From an uncultured Clostridium sp. (GTDB taxonomy: Bacteria > Bacillota > Clostridia > TANB77 > CAG-508): a stretch of DNA of 64,000 bases. Below the pieces are notes generated by a model, which had not been told where the DNA came from, made no database searches, and saw only the letters and a program-made list of their open reading frames with translations. The stretch is taken from the NCBI GenBank assembly GCA_948470605.1, contig CAOKPI010000002.1:19015-83014 (forward strand), written 5' to 3'. Below are positions 19,142 through 28,364 of the stretch, in pieces (the first letter of the stretch is position 1; each line of letters begins with the position of its first letter). The position numbers and the translations under genes were made by a program.

Positions 19142-19876
19142 ATGATAAAGGCATATGCAAAATCAGATGTAGGCAGAATAAGAGAAGTGAATCAAGATTA
19201 CTATTATCTATCTGATTCATTAGACAAAGTACAGTTATACATGTTAGCAGATGGAATGGGAGGATATAATGGCGGAGAAATTGCTAGTGAATTAGCCATA
19301 CAGACGGCAAAGAGTTATATTGAGAATAATTTCGAAGAAGTAAGCAAAGATAAAGATAGTATTATTCAACTAGTTGCCAGTAGTATGGAATATGCTAATA
19401 TGGTGGTATATGAAAAGTCAAAAGAAAGTAAAGAATTAGAAGGAATGGGTACTACTTTAGAAATTTGTTTAATATATAATAACAGAGCATTTATCGGACA
19501 TATAGGGGATAGTAGAATTTACAGAATTCGAAAAGGATTTATGAGAAAATTAACACAAGACCATAGTTATGTTCAAAAGTTAGTAAAAGATGGAACCATT
19601 ACACAAGAAGAGGCAATTCATCATCCACAAAAAAACATGTTAATGAAAGCCTTAGGATGTAATGCATTTGTAGAGCCTGATGTTATGGTAAAGGGATTTT
19701 TAAAAGATGATATTATTGTAATGGGGTCAGATGGATTAACCAATATGGTTCCACAAGAAGAAATTTTTCGTTTAGCTAAAAAAGATATAGAACAAGCACC
19801 AAAAGAATTGGTAGAAATGGCAAATCAAAATGGTGGATATGACAATATAACAGTTGTTATTATAAAAAATATATAG
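19142..19876 (+). CDS. stp: PP2C-family Ser/Thr protein phosphatase (Stp/PrpC)
   Basis: It has the motifs GRIREVNQD, LADGMGGYNGGEIAS and GSDGL. Confidence 0.9.
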   Translation: MIKAYAKSDVGRIREVNQDYYYLSDSLDKVQLYMLADGMGGYNGGEIASELAIQTAKSYIENNFEEVSKDKDSIIQLVASSMEYANMVVYEKSKESKELEGMGTTLEICLIYNNRAFIGHIGDSRIYRIRKGFMRKLTQDHSYVQKLVKDGTITQEEAIHHPQKNMLMKALGCNAFVEPDVMVKGFLKDDIIVMGSDGLTNMVPQEEIFRLAKKDIEQAPKELVEMANQNGGYDNITVVIIKNI

Positions 19877-19914
19877 ACAGTCTACACACAAACATGATTT
19901 AAGGAGAGATAAAT

Positions 19915-21915
19915 ATGAATTTAGAAGGAAAACTATTAGGAAGTCGATATGAATTAGTAGAGAAAATCGGAAATGGTGGGATGTCTACTGTATATAAAGC
20001 GACAGATAAAGTTTTAAAAAGGGATGTAGCCGTTAAAATATTAAGAGATGAGTTCACAACCGATGAGGAATTTATCAAGAGATTTGAAGCAGAAGCACAA
20101 TCGGCAGCAAGATTAACACATCCTAATATTGTTTCTATTTATGATGTAGGAGCAGAGGGCAATTTATATTATATCGTAATGGAGTTAATTCAAGGAAAGA
20201 CATTGAAAGAAATTATTATAGAAGAAAGAGGACCACTACCTTGGAAATGGTCTGTTAATATAGCCATTCAGATTGCTTCCGCTTTGGAAACAGCCCACAG
20301 AAACAATATTGTTCATAGAGATATTAAACCACATAATATCATTATTACGGAAGATGGTATTGGAAAAGTTACGGATTTTGGAATAGCAAAAGCAGTTTCT
20401 AATTCTACAATTACAGCGTTTGGAACTACCATAGGTTCTGTCCATTATTTCTCGCCAGAACATGCGAGAGGTGGATTTACGGATGCAAAATCTGATTTAT
20501 ATTCGTTAGGTGTTGTTATGTATGAAATGGTAACAGGGAAAGTTCCATTTGATGCTGATACGCCAGTATCAGTAGCTTTGAAGCATATGCAAGAAGAACC
20601 AGAAGAACCAATTGTTATCAATCCTAATGTACCAACTGCTATTAATAAAATGATAATGAAAGCATTACAAAAAGATGCGACTTTAAGATATCAATCAGCA
20701 TCAGAAATGTTAGCGGATTTGAAAAGGTCTTTAAAAAATCCAGATGGAGATTTTGTCGAAGAATTAGAATACGATGCCACCGCTAGAACACAGAAAATTA
20801 ATACAGATATGTATGGTGAGATAGATGATAGACCAAATAGCAGAAATAAAAAAGGAAAAAAAGAAGGTAAATTCAAACAATTTATTAAAAATCATAAAGC
20901 CATTAGTGTAGTAGTAGGATTAATTGTATTGTTTGCATTGAGTTTAGGTGGGACATTAGCAGTATTAAATGTAACCAATCCTGCTGAAGTAGAAATGCCA
21001 AATGTAGTTGGATTATCCAAAGAAGAAGCACAAAAACAGATTGAGGCAGCTAAATTGGTATTTGAGATAGAAAAAGAAGAATACAATAAAGATGTACCAG
21101 AGGGATATGTTATTTCACAAGACCCAACTTATATGGAAAGATTTAATAAAGTAAAAGAGAAGAGTATAGTAAGTGTTATTATTAGTAAAGGACAAGAAAA
21201 AGCAAAAGTACCAAATGTAAAAGGAAAAGAAAAAGAAGAAGCAATTAAACTAATAGAAGATGCTAAGTTAAAAGCAGAGGTAGTAGAGGAAAATAGTAAG
21301 ACAGTAAAAGAAGGATATGTGATTAGCCAGGAAACAGACCCAGATGCAGAGGTTTTTGCAGGAGATACAGTTATCATTCATGTTAGTACAGGCGTAGAAA
21401 AGGCAACTGTTCCAGATGTTGTGGGAAAGACACAAGCAGAAGCAAAAAAAGCATTGGAAGCACAAGGCTTTGTGGTAAGTGTAACCAATTCAGAAGATAG
21501 TTCAAAAGCGAAAGATGTTGTGTTAAAACAAAGTTTAGATGCTGGGAAGACAGTAGAAAAAGGAAGTGCGATAACTTTAACAATTAATAATGTAAAGCAA
21601 ACAAAAGATTTATCTGTTAATATCAATGTAAAGGCTATTACAGGAGGATATACAGAAGATGAGAAGAAAAATGAAAATGGAAATACAACAACGACAAGTA
21701 AAAAAAGTAAGACGGTAACTGTTAAAGTAAATAATGAAACTAGAACGGGAATTAGTAAAAATGAATCAAATTTTTCCATTACTTTATCAGGAAAAGAAGA
21801 GGAAGAAATTACAGTAAAAGTTGTGATTACTGAACCAGATGGAAATGTAATACATAGTTCGGAAAGAAAAGTGACTTTTGGAAAACAAGATTCAATATCA
21901 TTTAGTAAAAAATAA
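19915..21915 (+). CDS. prkC: Ser/Thr protein kinase with extracellular PASTA repeats (PrkC/StkP)
   Basis: The kinase subdomains are GNGGMSTVY, VAVK, HRDIKPHN and DFG. A TM helix follows, then three PASTA-like repeats (PNVVGLSKEEA, VPNVKGKEKEEA, VPDVVGKTQAEA). Confidence 0.9.
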   Translation: MNLEGKLLGSRYELVEKIGNGGMSTVYKATDKVLKRDVAVKILRDEFTTDEEFIKRFEAEAQSAARLTHPNIVSIYDVGAEGNLYYIVMELIQGKTLKEIIIEERGPLPWKWSVNIAIQIASALETAHRNNIVHRDIKPHNIIITEDGIGKVTDFGIAKAVSNSTITAFGTTIGSVHYFSPEHARGGFTDAKSDLYSLGVVMYEMVTGKVPFDADTPVSVALKHMQEEPEEPIVINPNVPTAINKMIMKALQKDATLRYQSASEMLADLKRSLKNPDGDFVEELEYDATARTQKINTDMYGEIDDRPNSRNKKGKKEGKFKQFIKNHKAISVVVGLIVLFALSLGGTLAVLNVTNPAEVEMPNVVGLSKEEAQKQIEAAKLVFEIEKEEYNKDVPEGYVISQDPTYMERFNKVKEKSIVSVIISKGQEKAKVPNVKGKEKEEAIKLIEDAKLKAEVVEENSKTVKEGYVISQETDPDAEVFAGDTVIIHVSTGVEKATVPDVVGKTQAEAKKALEAQGFVVSVTNSEDSSKAKDVVLKQSLDAGKTVEKGSAITLTINNVKQTKDLSVNINVKAITGGYTEDEKKNENGNTTTTSKKSKTVTVKVNNETRTGISKNESNFSITLSGKEEEEITVKVVITEPDGNVIHSSERKVTFGKQDSISFSKK

Positions 21916-22008
21916 AAAGTAGAAAAAAGTTCCAGTTAGATAATTACTAATTGGACTTTTTATATATAAAATAGTATAATAGAATTGCTTTAATCAAAAG
22001 GAGGGTTC

Positions 22009-22911
22009 ATGCAAGGAATTATCATAGAAAATATCGCTAATTTATATCGAGTTTCCCCACTTACTCCCGGAACCAGTGGGGACAAAATCTATGAAGCAAC
22101 GGCGAGAGGAAAATTCAAAAAAGAAGAAATCTCACCTGTTGTAGGGGACTTTGTTGAATTTGAAATCACAGATGAGGTAAACAAAAAGGCAGTTATCAAC
22201 CAAATATTAGATAGAAAAGTGTATGTAAAAAGACCTAAACTTGCTAATATTACACAAATTGTATTTGTTGTTTCTAGCAAAGACCCTAAGCCAGATTTAT
22301 TGATGTTAGATAAACAATTAGCATTTGCTGAGTTCTTGGGAATTAAATCATTAATTGTATTAAATAAAACAGATTTAGATAGTAAAAAAGAATTTAAAGC
22401 AATTCGAGAAATATATGAGAACATAGGCTATGATGTTATAGAAACAGAAGCAAAAAATCAAAAGGGAATTGACCAACTAAAACATAAATTAAAAAATAAT
22501 GTCAACGCATTTTCTGGCAATTCAGGAGTGGGAAAATCTACTTTGATAAATGGTATTTTTGGACAAGATATGACATTAGAGGGAGAAATTAGTCAAAGGA
22601 ATAAAAGAGGAAAAAATACAACAACAGCTATTAAGTTATATCAAATAGATGATAATACTTATATTGCTGATACACCTGGATTTTCAACATTTTCTATGGA
22701 AGAAATTAAAAGGAAAGAATTAGCCAATTACTTTGTGGAATTTAAAAGTAAGATTGCAAATTGTGAGTTTGTGGGTTGTACTCATATTAAAGAGGAGAAT
22801 TGTGGTATCAAAAAAGCAATACAAAATGGAGAAATTTATCCAGCAAGATATGAAAGATTTTGTAAAATACAACAACAATTAAAAGAAAGAGAGGAAAAAA
22901 AGAAATGGTAG
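22009..22911 (+). CDS. rsgA: ribosome small-subunit-dependent GTPase A
   Basis: It has the circularly permuted GTPase motifs VLNKTDL, GNSGVGKSTLIN and DTPGF, and the zinc finger CEFVGCTHIKEENC. Codons 16-24 (nt 22054-22080) are a GC-rich hairpin homologous to the MITE terminal inverted repeats. Confidence 0.9.
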   Translation: MQGIIIENIANLYRVSPLTPGTSGDKIYEATARGKFKKEEISPVVGDFVEFEITDEVNKKAVINQILDRKVYVKRPKLANITQIVFVVSSKDPKPDLLMLDKQLAFAEFLGIKSLIVLNKTDLDSKKEFKAIREIYENIGYDVIETEAKNQKGIDQLKHKLKNNVNAFSGNSGVGKSTLINGIFGQDMTLEGEISQRNKRGKNTTTAIKLYQIDDNTYIADTPGFSTFSMEEIKRKELANYFVEFKSKIANCEFVGCTHIKEENCGIKKAIQNGEIYPARYERFCKIQQQLKEREEKKKW

Positions 22912-23573
22912 AAATTTCAACATCTATATTATCCATTCAAGAGGGAAAAGAAGCAGAAAGTTTTTTTCAATTGGAGGCAGCAAAAACAGATTATTTTCAT
23001 ATTGATGTTATGGACGGGAAATTTGTGGAAAAAAATACCTATGAAAAAATGTTAAATCATGCATCTTATATTAAAAGGATTTCTAATTTGCCACTAGATG
23101 TACATCTAATGGTAGAGGATATAAAAACAGCAATAGATGACTTTTTAGCAGTAGAACCTAATATTATTACCTTTCATTTAGAGGCTTGTAAAAATAAAGA
23201 AGAGGTCTTTGAAATGATTCGCTATATAAAAGAAAATAATGGTAAAGTAGGAATTGCCATAAAACCAAATACTAAAATAGAAGAAGTGTATGAGTTTTTA
23301 CCTTATATTCATATGTGTTTGATTATGACAGTAGAGCCTGGAAAGGGAGGACAAAGTTTATTGCCAGATACATTAATTAAGATAGCCACTTTGAAAAAGT
23401 ATGAAGAAGAACAAAATTTGGAATTGGATATACAAGCAGATGGAGGTATTAATTTAAAGACGGCTCCAGATGTGAAAAACGCAGGTGCTAATGTTTTGGT
23501 AGCAGGAACGGCCATTGTTATGGCAAGAGATTTTAAAGTGATTATAGATGAATTAAAAACAACAAAAAAATGA
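22905..23573 (+). CDS. rpe: ribulose-phosphate 3-epimerase
   Basis: It has the motifs HIDVMDGKFV and VEPGKGGQS and follows rsgA, which is the conserved gene order. Confidence 0.85.
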   Translation: MVEISTSILSIQEGKEAESFFQLEAAKTDYFHIDVMDGKFVEKNTYEKMLNHASYIKRISNLPLDVHLMVEDIKTAIDDFLAVEPNIITFHLEACKNKEEVFEMIRYIKENNGKVGIAIKPNTKIEEVYEFLPYIHMCLIMTVEPGKGGQSLLPDTLIKIATLKKYEEEQNLELDIQADGGINLKTAPDVKNAGANVLVAGTAIVMARDFKVIIDELKTTKK

Positions 23574-23600
23574 TAAATTTTTAAATTTATCATTTTTTTG
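23571..23600 (+). terminator. rho-independent terminator after rpe
   Basis: The stem is tgataaattt..aaatttatca, followed by T7. Confidence 0.6.
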
Positions 23601-23614
23601 TTCTATAAAAATAG

Positions 23615-24769
23615 TTATTCTGCCTTTTTTTCTTTTAAAACAATATTAGAAACTATCATTCCTAATCCTAAGACATTGGCTACAAATCCAACAAGAGAAC
23701 CAACAAAAGGAATTAGGTTAATAGCCCATAAGATAAGACTTGCTAGAACTAATATACCAAACCTAACATTTCTTTTTTCAATCTTTAATTGTTGACAAAC
23801 GATATTGTTTATCGCAAGGATAAAGATGGAACTACTAATCATCATTAAAATAACTAATGTTACAAGTAGTAATAATGCTAGCTTAGAAGTTAATCCTAAC
23901 ATAAATAATAGAATAGCCACTATAATACTAGCAATTGGTGTTAAGATTCCAAATCCAATAACAGGTAAGATTTTCTTGGTTGTTAATAAAGAAACGGTAT
24001 TTTCCAAGAATTTAGGTGCACGCCATAAGCATAATAGCCAAATAACGATGACAGTAACAAGGAAAGTTCCTAAAGACATAATTTGCTTTTGAAAAGTATT
24101 ATTATCAAAAGACATTTCTTTTTCAAAGGTAGTTTCTCCTGCAACGACTCCTTCTGGAATAGAAATCTCTTGCTTTACTGAATAGGTTAAATTACCATTA
24201 ATAACACCTTGTGTATCAGTATCTTGTGAAAAATTAACGTTTTCACAATCTACATAAGCATTTCTTCCAATTGTACCGAAGATATTAACAGTATTAGAGC
24301 CTACTCGAATGTCTCTATACACCTCTCCGTTAATGGTAGTGTTTTCAGATGCTGCATATAAATCATAAACAGCTCCTGTTATAGTAACATTTTTAGAGAA
24401 AGTAAATAAGTTACTAAAAATATAGCCATCTTCTTCAATAGTAACTGTATTAGCACAGATAAAAGCATCTCCGCCAACTTGTGATTTAATAGTAACGTGA
24501 TTTGCTACGACAAATAAATTTCCATCAATAATATAATCAATGGTGACATCGTCGCCAGTTAGGTAAACATCAGACCTTTTAAAATTTTCATCACTTGTAT
24601 CAGTGGCATCAAGTTCAGAATTGTTGTTGGTCAAATCCACGGGTTGAGTTGCTTCATTTGGGGTTGCTGTATCATCAGCAGTTTCATTTTCTGCTCTTAC
24701 AATAGGAAAAGTAAGGGCTACCATAATTACCATTAAAATAGCAATTATTTTAAATTTGTTTTTTAACAT
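23615..24769 (-). CDS. hypothetical exported/membrane protein with an N-terminal signal peptide, a beta-rich repetitive extracellular domain and a C-terminal 4-TM region
   Basis: The signal peptide is MLKNKFKIIAILMVIMVALTFPIVRA. Repeats of the form VTI..G..V are present. Four TM helices occupy the last 150 aa. Confidence 0.55.
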   Translation of the reverse strand: MLKNKFKIIAILMVIMVALTFPIVRAENETADDTATPNEATQPVDLTNNNSELDATDTSDENFKRSDVYLTGDDVTIDYIIDGNLFVVANHVTIKSQVGGDAFICANTVTIEEDGYIFSNLFTFSKNVTITGAVYDLYAASENTTINGEVYRDIRVGSNTVNIFGTIGRNAYVDCENVNFSQDTDTQGVINGNLTYSVKQEISIPEGVVAGETTFEKEMSFDNNTFQKQIMSLGTFLVTVIVIWLLCLWRAPKFLENTVSLLTTKKILPVIGFGILTPIASIIVAILLFMLGLTSKLALLLLVTLVILMMISSSIFILAINNIVCQQLKIEKRNVRFGILVLASLILWAINLIPFVGSLVGFVANVLGLGMIVSNIVLKEKKAE

Positions 24770-24840
24770 GTAAATTCCTCCTTAAAATTTTATATATGAT
24801 ATGTAAAAAATATATATCTTTATTGTCTTTTTGTCAATGG

Positions 24841-25100
24841 ATTACAATTTTAAGTTTCGACTTTTTGCAAGTGAGGGTGGTCATATATCATTTTTGCAAC
24901 ACTGCGTAAGCGACCAGCTAACGCATACTGCCACTGTAATAAGCAAGCTTTAACAGTGGACAGCAAAACGAGCGAAACGAGTGCGATTGGAGCAACGTAC
25001 AGACTAGTATATTTTATTTTGGAAGTTGCGACACACAAAGTGTAAAAAAATGATATATGACCACCCTCACTTGCAAAAAGTCGAAACTTGAAATTACAAT
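24841..25100. mobile_element. 260-bp non-coding element with 55-bp near-perfect terminal inverted repeats and a GC-rich ~150-bp core, abutting the nth stop codon
   Basis: 24841-24895 is the reverse complement of 25046-25100 with 2-3 mismatches. The core GC content is well above the local background. No credible ORF is present: the 115-aa ORF at 24850-25197 is a palindrome artefact. Confidence 0.6.
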
Positions 25101-25735
25101 TATTTTTTAGCTTGATAAAACTTGCAAAGTTGATTGACAACACAAGTATCACATTTTGGCTTTCGTGCGCTACAAGTATTTCTTCCATGCCATACAAAAA
25201 TATGATTGATATCTTTTAAATATTCTTTTGGGAAAATTTTTAATAAATCCTGTTCTACCTTTTCAGGTTGTTTTTCTTTGGATAAACCAATTAGATTTGC
25301 TATTCTTTTTGCGTGCGTATCTACTGCAATTCCTTCTGCTATCCCAAACACTTCCAATAAAATAACATTGGCACTTTTTCTTCCAACACCAGCTAAACTG
25401 GTTAATTCATCCATCGTATGAGGAACTTGACCATCAAAATTTTCTAGAACTTGTTTGGCACATAATTTGATGTTTTTCGCTTTGTTTTTATAAAATCCAC
25501 AGGGATGGATGAGTTGCTCTAATTCATGAATGTCAATGTCTGCAAAGTCTTGAATGGTTTGACAACGTGAGAAGAGAGCAGGTGTTGTTAGGTTGACTCT
25601 TTCATCTGTACATTGGGCAGAAAGCATGACGGCAACGACTAATTCGAAAGGCGTTTTGAAATCTAGACTACAAGTGGCATCTGGGTATCTTTCTTTTAAT
25701 TGCTTAATTAAAGTAATGGCATCTTGTTTTTTCAT
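25100..25735 (-). CDS. nth: endonuclease III
   Basis: It has the HhH-GPD motif LTSLAGVGRKSANVIL and the 4Fe-4S cluster C-x6-C-x2-C-x5-C at the C-terminus (CSARKPKCDTCVVNQLC). Confidence 0.9.
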   Translation of the reverse strand: MKKQDAITLIKQLKERYPDATCSLDFKTPFELVVAVMLSAQCTDERVNLTTPALFSRCQTIQDFADIDIHELEQLIHPCGFYKNKAKNIKLCAKQVLENFDGQVPHTMDELTSLAGVGRKSANVILLEVFGIAEGIAVDTHAKRIANLIGLSKEKQPEKVEQDLLKIFPKEYLKDINHIFVWHGRNTCSARKPKCDTCVVNQLCKFYQAKK

Positions 25736-25785
25736 AACATCATCTCCTCGTATGTATTTTACAAAATAAAAGAGAATTCTTCAAT

Positions 25786-26007
25786 GTCCCCACTGGTTCC
25801 GGGTTTAAATGGGGATGCAATTGTAATTATATTTTAAATTAAAAGTTTATTCTATTTTTTATACAGTAACAATTCGGGGGGACCAGCAAGCGTACAGTCT
25901 GTTAAAGATTTACAGACTGTGCGATGCTGGGAGTTACAAATAAAAACTAGAATAAACTTTTTTATAAAAATTAATGCATCCCATTTAAACCCGGAACCAG
26001 TGGGGAC
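25786..26007. mobile_element. 222-bp MITE-like element with nested inverted repeats: an outer ~32-bp repeat GTCCCCACTGGTTCCGGGTTTAAATGGGGATG and an inner ~15-bp repeat, surrounding the conserved ~110-bp core in reverse orientation
   Basis: 25786-25820 is the reverse complement of 25973-26007. The core at 25861-25975 matches the reverse complement of 18706-18810. There is no ORF. Confidence 0.75.
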
Positions 26008-26087
26008 ATTTTCTAATTCTACATAAAGAGGAACAAATAAAGAGAAAAAATAATATAATATACAAAAACAAGGGAGGTAATAATCGT

Positions 26088-26237
26088 ATGGTAAGATTAT
26101 TTAGGAAAACATTAGCTATTTGTTTAATTGGTTTAGGATTAGGAATTTTATTAGTATTATTACTTCCGATAACAGGTTGGCTATTTATCATTGGAGTTGC
26201 TGTAATTTGTGTTGGTTTTATGTGGCTAGCATGTTAA
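26088..26237 (+). CDS. hypothetical 49-aa two-TM small membrane protein
   Basis: A GGGAGG RBS lies 8 nt upstream. The sequence is MVRLFRKTLAICLIGLGLGILLVLLLPITGWLFIIGVAVICVGFMWLAC. Confidence 0.35.
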   Translation: MVRLFRKTLAICLIGLGLGILLVLLLPITGWLFIIGVAVICVGFMWLAC

Positions 26238-26257
26238 GTAAAAAAGGAGGTATACAT

Positions 26258-26332
26258 ATGACAGTAGTTGTAAAAAAAGTTCCTAAGTTTTTAAGGGGAT
26301 TTGTTAAATTTATATTTGGGATTAAAGATTAA
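26258..26332 (+). CDS. hypothetical 24-aa cationic amphipathic peptide
   Basis: An AAGGAGG RBS lies 8 nt upstream. The sequence is MTVVVKKVPKFLRGFVKFIFGIKD. A terminator follows. Confidence 0.3.
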   Translation: MTVVVKKVPKFLRGFVKFIFGIKD

Positions 26333-26368
26333 TAAAAATCAGCTTTCGTTACAAACAAAAAAAGAGCT

Positions 26369-26566
26369 TTAGGCTCTTTTTACTTTACCATCTTTCAAAC
26401 ATTTTGCACATACATAAATTCTTTTTGTTTGACCATTTATCTCAGCTTTCACTCTTCTTAAATTAGGTTTCCAAGTACGAGGAGACCTTTTACTGATATG
26501 AGAACGAGTGATGCTAAGTTTATTTCCATGACTTGCTGTCTTTTGACAAAGTTCACATACTGCCAT
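26369..26566 (-). CDS. rpmB: 50S ribosomal protein L28
   Basis: The sequence MAVCELCQKTASHGNKLSITRSHISKRSPRTWKPNLRRV.. matches the L28 family, with the C-x2-C..C-x2-C zinc ribbon. An AGGAGG RBS is present. Confidence 0.85.
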   Translation of the reverse strand: MAVCELCQKTASHGNKLSITRSHISKRSPRTWKPNLRRVKAEINGQTKRIYVCAKCLKDGKVKRA

Positions 26567-26669
26567 TCTTAATTGCACCTCCTAAATCTTCTTAATAAAT
26601 TGACTAGTAACAAGTTTAACACAAATTTTCAGAAAAAACAAGTATTTTTTGAAAAATATCAAAAATTCC

Positions 26670-26697
26670 TTGCAAAATAGGAAAAATGTGGTATAAT
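26670..26697 (+). promoter_or_regulatory. tig promoter with an extended -10
   Basis: TTGCAA, a 16-nt spacer, then TGgTATAAT. Confidence 0.5.
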
Positions 26698-26784
26698 AAA
26701 TAAGTTGTTATTGCTCAATTACATTAAAAATAGAATGAAAGAGCGGAGCAATCAATCAACTGATAAAAGAAAGGATTGAAAAGG

Positions 26785-28071
26785 ATGAATTGTAAAGTAG
26801 AAAAAACAAAAAACGCAAATGAAGTAAAATTAGAAATAACAGTGGAAGCTGAAAAATTTGATGAAGCCATTAAAAAAGTATATTTTAAAAGTGCAAAATA
26901 TTTCAACATACCAGGATTTAGAAAAGGAAAGGCGCCAATGCAAATCGTAGAAAAATATTATGGAAAAGAAATCTTCTACGAGGATGCCTTTAATGAAATA
27001 GTACAAGATGCTTTAGAAGAAGCAGTGGAAGAAAATAAATTAGAAATCGTTAGTAGACCTGACATAGAGGTAACACAAATTGAAAAGGGAAAAGACTTAA
27101 TTTTTGAAGCAATCATGCAAACGAAGCCAGAAATTAAGCTTGGAAAATATAAAGGTATAGAAATTAAAAAAGTTGAGTATAATGTAACGGATGAAGACAT
27201 TGAACATGAATTAGGACATATGCAAGAACACAATTCAAGACTTATCTCAATCGAAGATAGACCAGTAGAAAGTGGAGATATTGCAACCATCGATTTCGAG
27301 GGATTTGCAGATGGGAAAGCATTTGAAGGTGGAAAAGCAGAAGGTCATGAATTAGAAATTGGAAGCAATAGTTTCATTCCAGGATTTGAAGACCAAGTGA
27401 TTGGAATGAAAATTGAAGAAGAAAAAGACATCCAAGTAAAATTCCCAGAGGAATATTTTTCAAAAGATTTAGCGGGAAAAGATGCAATCTTTAAAGTAAA
27501 AGTTCATGAAATTAAGAAAAAAGAATTACCAGAATTAGATGATGAATTTGCGAAAGACGTGAGTGAATTTGATACCTTAAAAGAATTAAAAGAAAGTATC
27601 AAAGAAAAACAACAAAAACAAAATGACGAAAAAGCAAAATACGAAACACAAGAAGCGATTATAAAAGCTGTTTGTGAAGATATTCAAGTAGAAATTCCAT
27701 CTGGAATGGTAGAATCAGAAATTGATAATATGTTAAAAGACATTGAACAAAGATTGTTTTATCAAGGTTTGAAATTAGAACAATATCTTCAAATGATGGG
27801 TAAAACCGAAGAAGAGATGAAAAAAGAATATGAACCTCAAGCAATAGAAGGAATTAAATCAAGATTGGCTTTAGAGGCAGTTATTAAAGCTGAAAAAATA
27901 GAGGCAACAGATGAAGAAATAGATGAAAAATTAAAAGAAATGGCTAAGAACTACGGAAAAGAAAATGATGAAGAATTCTTGAAAAATGAAAATGTAAGAA
28001 ATTATTTGAAACAAGGATTAGCATCAGAAAAAGCAATTGATTTCTTAGTGGAAAATGCAAAAATAAAATAA
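26785..28071 (+). CDS. tig: trigger factor
   Basis: The N-terminal ribosome-binding signature is GFRKGKAP. A central FKBP-type PPIase region is present. It is 429 aa. Confidence 0.95.
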   Translation: MNCKVEKTKNANEVKLEITVEAEKFDEAIKKVYFKSAKYFNIPGFRKGKAPMQIVEKYYGKEIFYEDAFNEIVQDALEEAVEENKLEIVSRPDIEVTQIEKGKDLIFEAIMQTKPEIKLGKYKGIEIKKVEYNVTDEDIEHELGHMQEHNSRLISIEDRPVESGDIATIDFEGFADGKAFEGGKAEGHELEIGSNSFIPGFEDQVIGMKIEEEKDIQVKFPEEYFSKDLAGKDAIFKVKVHEIKKKELPELDDEFAKDVSEFDTLKELKESIKEKQQKQNDEKAKYETQEAIIKAVCEDIQVEIPSGMVESEIDNMLKDIEQRLFYQGLKLEQYLQMMGKTEEEMKKEYEPQAIEGIKSRLALEAVIKAEKIEATDEEIDEKLKEMAKNYGKENDEEFLKNENVRNYLKQGLASEKAIDFLVENAKIK

Positions 28072-28103
28072 CTAATTAATAATTTTATAAAAGTTTATTA
28101 TAT

Positions 28104-28222
28104 TTTTATTTGTAACTCCCAACTGCATAACAGACTGTAAACAAAATTTCTAAAAATTTTGTACAGTCTATAATTTGTCGGTCCCCCCGAATTGTTACTA
28201 CATAAAAATATAATAAATTTTA
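28104..28222 (+). repeat. solo copy of the ~110-bp core repeat (variant with an extended central hairpin)
   Basis: The sequence is TTTATTTGTAACTCCCAAC..ACAGACTGT..ACAGTCT..GTCGGTCCCCCCGAATTGTTACTACATAAAAATATAATAA. Confidence 0.7.
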
Positions 28223-28364
28223 CAAAAAATATTACAAGTAATAAGATGAAAGGTTGGGGTATAAATTAAGAGGTTAAATTTTAATCCCAGCTTTTTGGAT
28301 TTTATGCTTTTTTATCATTAAAATGTATCTTAATGGATTGATACAAAAAACAAGGAGGAAAATT

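Noticed and set aside
24850-25197. 115-aa ORF on the minus strand spanning the 260-bp inverted-repeat element
   Set aside because: This is an artefact of the long palindrome, which gives a symmetric open frame. It has no RBS and runs through nth's 3' end.
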